A stretch of 64,000 bases of DNA. It comes from a virus (Duplodnaviria > Caudoviricetes). Where the stretch lies: positions 13,749 to 77,748 of IMG/VR virus record IMGVR_UViG_3300033979_000663; one strand, written 5' to 3'. Position 1 is the first letter of the stretch. Each line of letters begins with the position of its first letter. The notes beneath the pieces are model-generated. The model saw only the letters and a list, made by a program, of their open reading frames with translations. It was not told the origin of the DNA and searched no databases. Shown here one piece after another: positions 50,286-59,545 of this stretch. The translations under genes were made by a program, and so were the position numbers.

Positions 50286-51524
50286 ATGGGGTCGGACAAT
50301 TTCATTGATATTGACTCTCGCCCTGACCTTGAGTGGGCTAAACGTCATAAAGGGGGTATCTACACTTTCCATCGAGGTCAACTGGGTATCGCATTCAACG
50401 TTCCCCGCAACTTGTGGTGGCAAATTCCCAAAGAATGCTATTTGGGGAGTATTGATGATATCCCTCGTTACGTGGAGATTCACGAAGAGGGTTATCTTCC
50501 CTGCGTGTGGCGTGATGGGGAACACCGATTCGTCTATGCTAACCAGTTCTTTCCGGTGTATGCACCGGACAACCAACTGGTTGTTATGGACAAGTTATTA
50601 CGGATTGCCTCTATTACCGAGCGATTAATAGAGGCAGAATCCACAGAACAGGACGACACCCATTGCACCTATCTCCGTAATGGGTTAAACGAGTTGTATT
50701 CCGACTTCGTGACCAATTACGGTGCTATCCGCAACTATCAAGTTTACTGGGACAATGACCTCTGGTGTGACATGAGGTTAGAGACGTATATCACTAACCT
50801 AGTTGATGGGTACGGCAAACTTGCCGACATCTTCACCAAAAGAACCAAGTTCCCACCTTCTGACCCCGTTGGGCAACAGTTCTTTCAAGATTCAATTCCT
50901 GACAGAGTTGAGTCTGCATTGTCTTGGTGTATGGCTTGGTTGGGTAAAGTTGATGTTCCTCAAATAGCAGAAAAAGCAGGTGTTGATGAGGCGATCGCTC
51001 TGGAAATCCTGCTAGAAAATGAACTGGTTTACCGAGTTCCTGAAGTTGTTGAGCCTCAGTGGTGGGAAGTATTAGGGGTTGATAAAGATATTGACTCTGA
51101 TTACCAACTCACGACTGCATGGAAGGAACAGCGCGAGGATGATATTACCTTTGCACTGACTCTCGATGAGGCATACAAGAAAGCCTTGCCGATAGTTACC
51201 TCCCGGTTGCCTTATCCCGACTGGGAGGAAACAGAGGAGGTGGTTATCCTGCATCATGCAGGTGGTACTTATACCTATCAAAAAGTACCCTGCAAGTCCG
51301 CTCACGGGTACAGCATTGGCACTGTACCCAAAGACTTCAAAGAAAGGTCAAAAACGGAAACACCTGTGTTCCTGATGAAAGAGGACATAATCGGGGTTTT
51401 CGCCAACGAAACCAAGGCTATTCGATGCCTGATTGAATTATCTAGGCATCCAAAGGCATACATCCACTCTATTGATATGCAAGTCATTATCAAGTTCTAT
51501 GGCTTGTCTGCACACTGGCATTAA
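50286..51524 (+). CDS. Middle segment of a DarB-like protein with a degenerate J-domain-like tail
   Basis: LNELYSDFVTNYG...KLADIFTKRT...SAL...GKVD..IAE; later WWEVLGV...AYKKA without HPD. Confidence 0.65.
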   Translation: MGSDNFIDIDSRPDLEWAKRHKGGIYTFHRGQLGIAFNVPRNLWWQIPKECYLGSIDDIPRYVEIHEEGYLPCVWRDGEHRFVYANQFFPVYAPDNQLVVMDKLLRIASITERLIEAESTEQDDTHCTYLRNGLNELYSDFVTNYGAIRNYQVYWDNDLWCDMRLETYITNLVDGYGKLADIFTKRTKFPPSDPVGQQFFQDSIPDRVESALSWCMAWLGKVDVPQIAEKAGVDEAIALEILLENELVYRVPEVVEPQWWEVLGVDKDIDSDYQLTTAWKEQREDDITFALTLDEAYKKALPIVTSRLPYPDWEETEEVVILHHAGGTYTYQKVPCKSAHGYSIGTVPKDFKERSKTETPVFLMKEDIIGVFANETKAIRCLIELSRHPKAYIHSIDMQVIIKFYGLSAHWH

Positions 51525-51545
51525 CAAACATTAGGAGAAAATATC

Positions 51546-54500
51546 ATGGCTTATCAAGATAAACGTACATTTTTGAGTGGTGACTTAGGCGAGAAATTAG
51601 AAAGGGTTAGAAGAGTAGTAGAAATAGATCCATCTTTTAAAAGAGAAGAGGAAGCGATCGCTAACGCTATCCCCAAACAAATACCTATTGAGTTGATTGA
51701 CCTTTCCCCTGGTACGCAATGGATACCCACTACAACTTATGAAGAATTTATCTTGGAAACCTTTGGGGTTGAATGCAAGCTATTCTTCTCCCCCACTATG
51801 GGAGTATGGGACATTGTTGTCACAGATAACAAAGCACTAAAGAGTGAAAATAATCCCCACGTCGAAGTTACCAAGAGAGAGAAGGGTGAAGACTATCAAG
51901 CGTGGGTTTATGCGATCGCTGAATCCATCAACAATGGTATTTTCACTTCTATGTTCCACTTTAAATCCCCACCTGGGATTCAGTATGATACTGACAAGCA
52001 AGTTGTCAGAGCAAAGCAGGATGAACTCACGGATACTTTTGTTAAATGGTGCAGGAAAAATAAAGGTGAGGAACTGCAAAAACTGTATAACCGCAGATTT
52101 AATAGTGCGGTAATTCCTAACTGGGATAATTCAGCACCTAAGAACCTGAAGGAAATATTAAAAACTGCTGGTATGACTGGCAGGTTAAACGGTGTTAAAA
52201 AGTTTATTGATGTCTTTGTCCAAGAAGACGGAAGTGTTGTACAAGAAGAACGGATTGTAGAGGATGGGGTGCTATGGGTAGATGCGCTTCGCCCTTACCA
52301 GTTGGATGCAATATGGCGCATGGCTACCCAACCCTGCAACGGATTGTTAGGGCTGGAGGTAGGGTTAGGTAAAACCGCCTGTGGTATTGCCACTGCTATG
52401 TTGAGAAGGTATCTGAAAACCAGCAACTTGACGATGGTTGTGGTGCAAAAATCCACCCTGCTCCAATTCGATAAAACCTTTCGGGAGATGTTTCCCAACG
52501 CCAAGGTTCTATGCGCCAAGAGTAATGACATGAATCAAAAATCAAGGCAATCGTTCTTGGCGAAGGCTGTCCTGTGGGAATGGGACGCAATCATCCTAAC
52601 TCATGATAATTTTCAAGCAATTCCGGTGCGATCGGAAACAAATCGGGTTTATATCCAAAGAAAACTCGATTTGATTGAGTGGGAGATGACATCTATTGAA
52701 TCATCTGGTGAAGTGTCCTATAAAACCAAGGGGAGGAGAGGTAACTACGTCCTCAAAAGGCTAGAGGCGGAAAGGGATAAGCTCAACAACGATTTATTAA
52801 AGTTAGAAAAGGACAGAGACGGTGGTATCCGCTTTGAGGATATTAACCCCTCGCTATTAATAGTAGACGAGGCGCAGAAGTACAAGAACAATCACTATGC
52901 CTCAAAAATCCAAGCCAAGGGGATTGGTGGTTCTCAATCCAATATGGCTCAAGACCTGGATATAAAGTTAGGGTTCTTGCGAGAAACCCGTGATAACCCT
53001 AACTTCCTGTTATTTATGACAGGAACGCCCGAACCCACCAATTCAATTGCGGGGGTGTATGTTTACCAGATGTATTTACACCCTGAAGAGTTGGAGAAAC
53101 GAGGTATCAAACATTTTGACGCTTGGGCGCATCAGTTTGGTAAAGTTGTAACTCGTGCCGAATACTCCCCGTCAGGGGGATTTGTGGAAACCACAAGGTT
53201 CTGCAAGTTTGTGAATATGCCTGAGTTATCGCTAATGTACAAGATGTCGCTCCACTACAAGCGATACTACCATGTGCAAGGTCAAGCAGGGTTCAAAAGA
53301 CCAGAACCAAAAGAAATGAGGGTATCTTCACCGCTAACTGACTTCCAGATACGTAGGATGGATCAGCTTTGCGATCGCTACAATGCACTCAAAATCGGCG
53401 TTCCTCTCAGATTCCCTGATCGGGACAACAGGGACGGGTGCTTGATTTACCAAGAAAGAGACTCAGAAGGCAAGAAGATAGGTAAACCGCAACGACTATA
53501 CCATCCAGGGACGACTAACCCCATCAAGGATGAAAATGTTGCTAGTGATTACGGACTTGTTTGGAGCGATCGCCCCGACGGGTATCTTGATGTCTATAAC
53601 GAAATGCGGCGGTTAATGATTGCCCCGCAGTTTGAAGACCTTGATGAAGTCGTATTCAGTACCGATAAGATTGCTAAATGTGCCAGAAATATCTACCGGA
53701 TATGGAAGGCAACAAAGAAAAGGCAAAGCACTCAGTTAGTATTCTTGGACATGGGTGCGCCTAACGGTGGTTGCAAATTCCAAGCCTATCAATGGTTAAA
53801 AGAGCGATTAGTTGAATATGGGATACCCAAGGGAGAAATTGCCTTTATTCAATCGGCAAAAACTGACCAAGCAAAAGCCGACTTATTCGATAAGGTTAAC
53901 GCTGGTGAGGTTAGGGTACTAATCGGACACCGTGAGTCTATGGGTGTTGGGGTCAATGTCCAGAAGAAAGTTGTCGCCATGCACATGGTAGACATCCCAT
54001 TCCGTCCTGACCAGAATGAGCAAGCGATCGGTAGAGGTATCAGGGATGGCAACGAGAACGAGAAGGTTCTCATTCTCTGGTATATTTACCGCGCCAAAAA
54101 AGGCAGTAGTCAATGTAGTGCTGATACTGCATCAATGGATCTATTAGCCATTAAAGCTAAACAGCAATTCCAAGTTCTTGACGGTGACGCTACCGCTAGA
54201 GAGGTAGAGGAAGAAGACCATAAGAGTGCCGCTTACGCTGCTTTATCAGCCTACGCCACTGGCGACCCAAGGCACATGGAATTGGCTAACTTGAAATCTG
54301 ACATAGTTGGTGTATACGCCAAACATCGGTTGCTGGAAACCGAAACCATTGACTTGAGAATTAATTTGTCTTCAACCCAAGAGCGTATCAAGAGCATGAC
54401 CAGGAAACATGAGTTCTTACTTCCTGATGTGAATAGTGTAGAGACTAACAAACATCGGTACTTCTCCGACAACCACTTTGCAATAGTGATTCATTCCAGA

Positions 54501-55061
54501 GGTGGGATACCAATGCTGTACGCTGGTTTCCAGAAGGGTTCTGAGTCCTTCGAGTTGGATGTACTGGAAAAAGTGGATAGGTGTGTTATTCGATATGAAG
54601 ATGAGAAAGCTGTTAATACTCGACTAAGTATTGGGCAATCTCAGGAACGCGCACGATTGGCATTACGGGGTAATATTTCCGACTTAGAAATGAAATATCA
54701 GGACACACCCATGCCTCAAATCCCAATTACAACAATTGGTTCTATTGGTGGTATGCCCATCTTGTATCGAGCAAGAATTGGCTTGTTCTTGCAGGGATAC
54801 GACCAAAACTACGAGATTAGTAGGGGGGAAACGGTAGTTCTCAAGAATATCATAGGGGCATACTTGGGTATCCCCCAAAGACAACAGGCGATCGCTGACA
54901 ACATCAAAAAAGCAGAAGATTCTATCGCCCCAATGAGCAAGGATCTTAATGAAAAATCACTCAGAAAGAGTGAAATAGCCAGGGAGTTGGAGGAAATGGA
55001 GTTCCGTAAAGCCCAACTTGAACGGGAGTTACATCCCAAAAAGGATGCTCCTATTGAGTAA
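51546..55061 (+). CDS. SNF2-family helicase (C-terminal part of a DarB-like protein)
   Basis: FLSGDLGEKL, PGTQWIP, LRPYQ, EVGLGKT, VDEAQKYKN, MTGTP, GVGVNVQ, EQAIGRGIRDGN. Confidence 0.88.
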   Translation: MAYQDKRTFLSGDLGEKLERVRRVVEIDPSFKREEEAIANAIPKQIPIELIDLSPGTQWIPTTTYEEFILETFGVECKLFFSPTMGVWDIVVTDNKALKSENNPHVEVTKREKGEDYQAWVYAIAESINNGIFTSMFHFKSPPGIQYDTDKQVVRAKQDELTDTFVKWCRKNKGEELQKLYNRRFNSAVIPNWDNSAPKNLKEILKTAGMTGRLNGVKKFIDVFVQEDGSVVQEERIVEDGVLWVDALRPYQLDAIWRMATQPCNGLLGLEVGLGKTACGIATAMLRRYLKTSNLTMVVVQKSTLLQFDKTFREMFPNAKVLCAKSNDMNQKSRQSFLAKAVLWEWDAIILTHDNFQAIPVRSETNRVYIQRKLDLIEWEMTSIESSGEVSYKTKGRRGNYVLKRLEAERDKLNNDLLKLEKDRDGGIRFEDINPSLLIVDEAQKYKNNHYASKIQAKGIGGSQSNMAQDLDIKLGFLRETRDNPNFLLFMTGTPEPTNSIAGVYVYQMYLHPEELEKRGIKHFDAWAHQFGKVVTRAEYSPSGGFVETTRFCKFVNMPELSLMYKMSLHYKRYYHVQGQAGFKRPEPKEMRVSSPLTDFQIRRMDQLCDRYNALKIGVPLRFPDRDNRDGCLIYQERDSEGKKIGKPQRLYHPGTTNPIKDENVASDYGLVWSDRPDGYLDVYNEMRRLMIAPQFEDLDEVVFSTDKIAKCARNIYRIWKATKKRQSTQLVFLDMGAPNGGCKFQAYQWLKERLVEYGIPKGEIAFIQSAKTDQAKADLFDKVNAGEVRVLIGHRESMGVGVNVQKKVVAMHMVDIPFRPDQNEQAIGRGIRDGNENEKVLILWYIYRAKKGSSQCSADTASMDLLAIKAKQQFQVLDGDATAREVEEEDHKSAAYAALSAYATGDPRHMELANLKSDIVGVYAKHRLLETETIDLRINLSSTQERIKSMTRKHEFLLPDVNSVETNKHRYFSDNHFAIVIHSRGGIPMLYAGFQKGSESFELDVLEKVDRCVIRYEDEKAVNTRLSIGQSQERARLALRGNISDLEMKYQDTPMPQIPITTIGSIGGMPILYRARIGLFLQGYDQNYEISRGETVVLKNIIGAYLGIPQRQQAIADNIKKAEDSIAPMSKDLNEKSLRKSEIARELEEMEFRKAQLERELHPKKDAPIE

Positions 55062-55143
55062 AGTATCAGGATATATTTTAGATATAAGCCGCACGGGGTG
55101 ACTAAGTGCGGTATGTTCGATTCGATTATTACCAAGGAGAGCT

Positions 55144-55392
55144 ATGACATTACAGGAATTACTGCAAGGCAAGTACAATGTAGTCGAATATCGGGGTGTT
55201 TCCATTAACAGCTTCGGTGATTATGTTGCTGGGCCTGAAAAATTTGAATTAGAGGATGAACTTGATCTTGGTGGTTTCTGCTGGGACTACGAGCTTGACG
55301 AAGAAGCACCTGATGACTTCTTAAACAAACCATCAGGTGGGGTGGTCGTCAAAGACCAAGATGGTCACAGGTTTGTTTACGTTTTCAAATAG
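55144..55392 (+). CDS. Small acidic protein
   Basis: AAGGAG RBS. Confidence 0.6.
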   Translation: MTLQELLQGKYNVVEYRGVSINSFGDYVAGPEKFELEDELDLGGFCWDYELDEEAPDDFLNKPSGGVVVKDQDGHRFVYVFK

Positions 55393-55525
55393 AGTAAATA
55401 GCGATAGCGATCGCACAAACCAAAAGCGATCGCGTCAAACAGCACATATAGTGAAAAATAAACGATAAAACCCAATCAAGAGGCGATCGCCTTAATTGAG
55501 CAAGGACTGAAAAGATTAAACATAG

Positions 55526-55861
55526 TTAACTCCTAGTAATAGTAGAGATTCTGTAGTTTCCAGAAGTCCCAGCATAAGTGTAAGTATCTGTTACTGATAA
55601 AGATAAGGAAGCAGATGAATAAGTAATTGTAGAAACTCTTGCATCGGCAGTACCAGCATCTAAATAAGAATAAGTTTCTACCTTGTCATTAGCTATTAAT
55701 ATTTGCTCTATTTTAGTTTTTGCGGGAATGCGATCAAGTAAAGTTGTGAAATTTACGTTAGCTGCTGCCTCAGCGTTAGCGATCGCTTGTCGGGCTTGTT
55801 CTTCAGAGTAAGTGCCACCTAGTCCGTCAAGTGGTAAGTAATCGTCTAATTTGTTAGTCAT
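55526..55861 (-). CDS. Putative virion protein
   Basis: Thr/Ser/Tyr-rich; coupled to the upstream gene. Confidence 0.55.
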   Translation of the reverse strand: MTNKLDDYLPLDGLGGTYSEEQARQAIANAEAAANVNFTTLLDRIPAKTKIEQILIANDKVETYSYLDAGTADARVSTITYSSASLSLSVTDTYTYAGTSGNYRISTITRS

Positions 55862-56303
55862 GAGGTCTAATCAGTAAATTAAAATTAATAACCTGTCCAG
55901 ATGTGGGAGTAAATGGTGTCCGAGTCGAACACAGCCCATAAAGTCTGCGTTCTTGACAAGTAAAAAGTATAGGATTAAACACAGGAACAGAAATAGCGAT
56001 TGTACTTCCAGTCCCCTCAGTCATCCAGCCAAAAAAGTCTATAAAGCCAACTGGGGTTTGTTTGAGTGTAAATACTTCGTTGTCAGCGATCGCATCTACC
56101 ACGTCTTCAAATAGATAAAGTCGTAATAACCCATCCATGCTGATGTTGTTGGTAGAGCAAACAGCACCATGTATTGCACCACTTCCGCGAGGGATGCGGT
56201 TAGCTTTGTCGAAAGTTAGGATTTTAGCAGGCGATTCCCCTACTGCGTCGTTAGCTGCATAAGGTGTAGTATTAGCTGGTCTGGTATAGCTTGCGGTGAT
56301 CAT
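55854..56303 (-). CDS. Putative virion protein, paralogue of 12362-12976
   Basis: TRPANTTPYAAND...LRLYLF...IADN...LYGL...FTPTSG. Confidence 0.6.
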   Translation of the reverse strand: MITASYTRPANTTPYAANDAVGESPAKILTFDKANRIPRGSGAIHGAVCSTNNISMDGLLRLYLFEDVVDAIADNEVFTLKQTPVGFIDFFGWMTEGTGSTIAISVPVFNPILFTCQERRLYGLCSTRTPFTPTSGQVINFNLLIRPHD

Positions 56304-57762
56304 GGGGATTGGGAAGAACAACCACAGTTATAGTTCCCTGCTTACCGTGCTTTATCCTTCCCAGCAAAAGGTTACTGTCAGTTCCCCAAAGATCACAGAC
56401 ATCAGACAATCCGCCCTTGCCCCTATGTCGGGGCAAATTACTAGCACTATTGCTAGATTGTCACAAGATGCTATCCAAGAAATTACCCGATTAAAGGGTA
56501 AATATAAATTGGATGAATTAATTGCAATGCTGAAATACGACCCCACAAGTAAGGCTTGTCGGCGGTTAAAAGCTTTGCGGGTACAAACGGCATTGGGAGA
56601 CTATGGACACCCAGACAAAGATATAGATAAATGGGTACACGGCAACCTTGATGAAATGGAAGGAACTCTACAAGAAGCGGCTGGGCATTTGTCTAATGCG
56701 ATGGGATTGGGAACAGCATTGTGTGAAATTGTGCTTGATAACCGAGTACCTGGAAGATGGGGGGAGTGGAGATTAAAAGCATTAAACCCACTGGATATTA
56801 CCAAGGTGACTTTTCGGGGAACGAAGGGGAAGATTACGGAAGTTGTTTATTTAGACGGTGATGGTAGGAAGAAATATATCCCCTACCATCGCGTAATTCA
56901 CATCGTTAATGATCCAGAAATGGTATTTAATGATCCATTTGGTGCGGCTGAATCTGAATCAGCTATGCCTTATTACAAATCTAAGCAATCTCTAACTGCC
57001 GAAATGCTGGTAGCAGGTAAAAACCAAGCTACGGGGATTCTTACTGCTTTTGCTGATAGCAACGACTCTGTAAGGTTGTTAGATGTTAATGGTAATCCAC
57101 AGAAGAATATGGACGGTAGCGATAAAATCGTTTCTTCTGTTGAATCCTTGGCGTATCAATTAACTAATCTAGAAAATTCTAATGTTATTGTTACTGACTT
57201 AAAAAATAAAATTGTTCCCTTGGCAATGCCAACGGGGGATAGCTTCTTTATTAATAATTTGCAATACTTAAACAGGCAAATAATGTTGTCTTTCGGCGTG
57301 AGTGCCTTGATGTTTGATGAGGGAAGCATAGGGGGATTAGGTAACTCTGGTATTTCTCAATCGCACAAATCGGTTCTTGATTCCCAGATTGATGGGATTG
57401 TTAAACAGATCCGGGACAAATTACTGGAAAAAGTAATTAAGCAGTTATTGACTTATAACTTCGGTTCAAAGTATGCGAGGAATTTGGGGACGTTTGCCGT
57501 CAGTGCCAGCACCGACCCCAATATTATTATCTCTAAGGGCAACTTCTTATTATCTGCCATTACTTCAGGTGCAATTCCCGCAAGTGACATCTCGGCTATT
57601 AATGTCCTGCGGGAAATGTGCGGTGTACCTAAAATTGATATGGAGGAGCAACAAAGGATGATGAATGCTCAACTAGACCAACAGATGCAGCAACAACAAA
57701 TGCAACAGGGGGCGATGCAACCACCACAACCGGGGGCTGAAGCTATGGGGCAATATCCTTAA
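56302..57762 (+). CDS. Phage portal protein (DUF935/Mu-like)
   Basis: About 487 aa; AMGLGTALCEIV, IHIVN...DPFG, LQYLNRQIM...G, QIR..L...VIKQLL.YNFG; Q/P-rich tail. Confidence 0.7.
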   Translation: MGIGKNNHSYSSLLTVLYPSQQKVTVSSPKITDIRQSALAPMSGQITSTIARLSQDAIQEITRLKGKYKLDELIAMLKYDPTSKACRRLKALRVQTALGDYGHPDKDIDKWVHGNLDEMEGTLQEAAGHLSNAMGLGTALCEIVLDNRVPGRWGEWRLKALNPLDITKVTFRGTKGKITEVVYLDGDGRKKYIPYHRVIHIVNDPEMVFNDPFGAAESESAMPYYKSKQSLTAEMLVAGKNQATGILTAFADSNDSVRLLDVNGNPQKNMDGSDKIVSSVESLAYQLTNLENSNVIVTDLKNKIVPLAMPTGDSFFINNLQYLNRQIMLSFGVSALMFDEGSIGGLGNSGISQSHKSVLDSQIDGIVKQIRDKLLEKVIKQLLTYNFGSKYARNLGTFAVSASTDPNIIISKGNFLLSAITSGAIPASDISAINVLREMCGVPKIDMEEQQRMMNAQLDQQMQQQQMQQGAMQPPQPGAEAMGQYP

Positions 57763-58091
57763 TCCCCCACTAACCTGTATTTCATAACGGGAACTTTATC
57801 GTCAGTCAAAAAAGACTCGATCACACCTTCGGCAACTAATTGTTTGTAGGCGATCGCTAGTTGGGAGTAAGAAGCTTCAGTAATTTGCTTGATTGCCCCA
57901 GGTGTAAGACCCCGGACTACAAGCAAATCCTTGATTCTATTTTTCAAAGCTTCCACATGACGACGGTTAGATCCTTTTAATGGATGCTCGTAGGTGTCGG
58001 GGTGAGTAAATTCTGTACCAATCCCAGTAAAAACAGATTCTTCATGGAGAAGAGTGGGATCAACCCGGTAATGGATGCAAGCTAAATTCAT
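57759..58091 (-). CDS. Winged-helix-like protein
   Basis: LTPGAIKQIT...QLAIAYKQLVAEGVIE...KYRL. Confidence 0.5.
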   Translation of the reverse strand: MNLACIHYRVDPTLLHEESVFTGIGTEFTHPDTYEHPLKGSNRRHVEALKNRIKDLLVVRGLTPGAIKQITEASYSQLAIAYKQLVAEGVIESFLTDDKVPVMKYRLVGD

Positions 58092-58540
58092 GCTTGACCC
58101 CCTTCCTGTTCGGCTTTAAGGGCATCCATTTTTGCTCTCTTACTCCAGTTGGCTACGGGTTCGCGTGTTGGTATCGCGTCTGGAGGCGTGGCTTTAGCGA
58201 GTCTTTCTTTGAGCCTCCTAGATGCGAAGAATTTAACTGATCTGCGTGGAGGTATGTGAACTAACTGCCTTTCGGCATTACTCACAGAATCTTTGCTAAT
58301 CTGATGTGGACCCCTGATAACTGGTAAATTTGTGGTTCTGGGCTTGGTTATCCAAGTCTGTGCAGAAAATAACCCTGGCCAATCTATCATCTCTCCTCTT
58401 TCAAGGTGGTCTACCGCAATCTCCACCATTGCTTTCATCACCATAGCGACGCGACGTTTCCCAAGTCCAGTTTTTTCTATTACTAACTTGCGCCACCTGA
58501 CTGGAGTTAGTGCGCCTTCTGGGATATTTCTAGTTGCCAT
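58088..58540 (-). CDS. HU/IHF-family DNA-binding protein
   Basis: KTGLGKRRV...HLERGEMIDWPGLFS...KPRT..LP...IPPRRSVKFFASRRLKERL. Confidence 0.75.
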   Translation of the reverse strand: MATRNIPEGALTPVRWRKLVIEKTGLGKRRVAMVMKAMVEIAVDHLERGEMIDWPGLFSAQTWITKPRTTNLPVIRGPHQISKDSVSNAERQLVHIPPRRSVKFFASRRLKERLAKATPPDAIPTREPVANWSKRAKMDALKAEQEGGQA

Positions 58541-58630
58541 ATAACTATGCCTGCCAGCAATAATAATTTATTAATTCAAGATAGCAAAATAGCGATCACA
58601 CTAGCAATAAATAGGCGATCGCTTAATTAT

Positions 58631-58906
58631 TTATTTTTTCTTCTGATAAGTTTGTCTCTCTGGCGCGTGATTTTTGTGGGCTTCGCAATATGGATAGATT
58701 GCGTCGCTTCTTAAACCAGGATTACACACAAGGCAGTTCATACTAGCTGCTATTTCTTCAGGTGGCCAAACCGGAAAACCTGAGTCTGATATTTTCTGTA
58801 AAAGTTCAACATGATATGCCCTGATGATTCTGTGGCGGTGAGTAGGGATATCTTGTTTAAATAACAAAATATAGTCAGAATTGTTGAAATCTAAACGAAT
58901 ATACAT
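58631..58906 (-). CDS. Small protein with C-terminal CxxC...YCxxH zinc finger
   Basis: CLVCNPGLRSDAIYPYCEAHKNHAP. Confidence 0.6.
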   Translation of the reverse strand: MYIRLDFNNSDYILLFKQDIPTHRHRIIRAYHVELLQKISDSGFPVWPPEEIAASMNCLVCNPGLRSDAIYPYCEAHKNHAPERQTYQKKK

Positions 58907-58932
58907 ATTTTAAAGATACGGACACTTTACTA

Positions 58933-58961
58933 TTGACAAGGATAAAATATAATGATTTAAT
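58933..58961 (+). promoter_or_regulatory. Putative sigma70 promoter
   Basis: TTGACA-17bp-TTTAAT, followed by a TGAGGC/GCCTCA leader hairpin. Confidence 0.5.
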
Positions 58962-59029
58962 ATAAATGTGAGGCAAGGGAGACAGCCCAAGCCTCAAAAG
59001 TAAATCAAGTAAGTTAAGGAAATTATATC

Positions 59030-59545
59030 ATGGCTATCAAACAAGGCAGAATTTTAAATAGGTTTGATACTTCCGGTATTAAAACAGTCCGCGTAGATTT
59101 TAAGAATCCAGAAGCTCAAAAAGCTGTTAAAAAAGTAGTTGAGTTTCTAAAAGACAATGCAGAAGAATTTGAGCTAGAACCAGGGGAAACCTATCAGGGT
59201 GTGGCAGAAAATTTAGTTTGTGATGTAATCATGGAAGAAAGGTTCATAGTTTCTTCCATCCCCATACATGAAATAATTGTTAGTGCAGTATTAAAAAATT
59301 TAGAAGCTTTGAATGAAGATGAGTCTTACACTTCTGAATCTGAGGTGGCTGAACCTGACATAGAAGACGCTTTGCATTACATAGAATCTTTAGCTTTTCA
59401 AGGCTCTGAAAGGCAAATTAAATGGGCTAAAGATATAGCTCTAAAAAACATTGATGATGTTGCAATTGCTTTAAAGAAAAACAAAACAATTCCTGCATCT
59501 GCAAAATGGTGGATTGATAATAGAAGCAATATTTCTATTTCATGA
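59030..59545 (+). CDS. Hypothetical mobile-element protein
   Basis: C-terminal GSERQIKWAKDI...SAKWWIDNR. Confidence 0.65.
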   Translation: MAIKQGRILNRFDTSGIKTVRVDFKNPEAQKAVKKVVEFLKDNAEEFELEPGETYQGVAENLVCDVIMEERFIVSSIPIHEIIVSAVLKNLEALNEDESYTSESEVAEPDIEDALHYIESLAFQGSERQIKWAKDIALKNIDDVAIALKKNKTIPASAKWWIDNRSNISIS

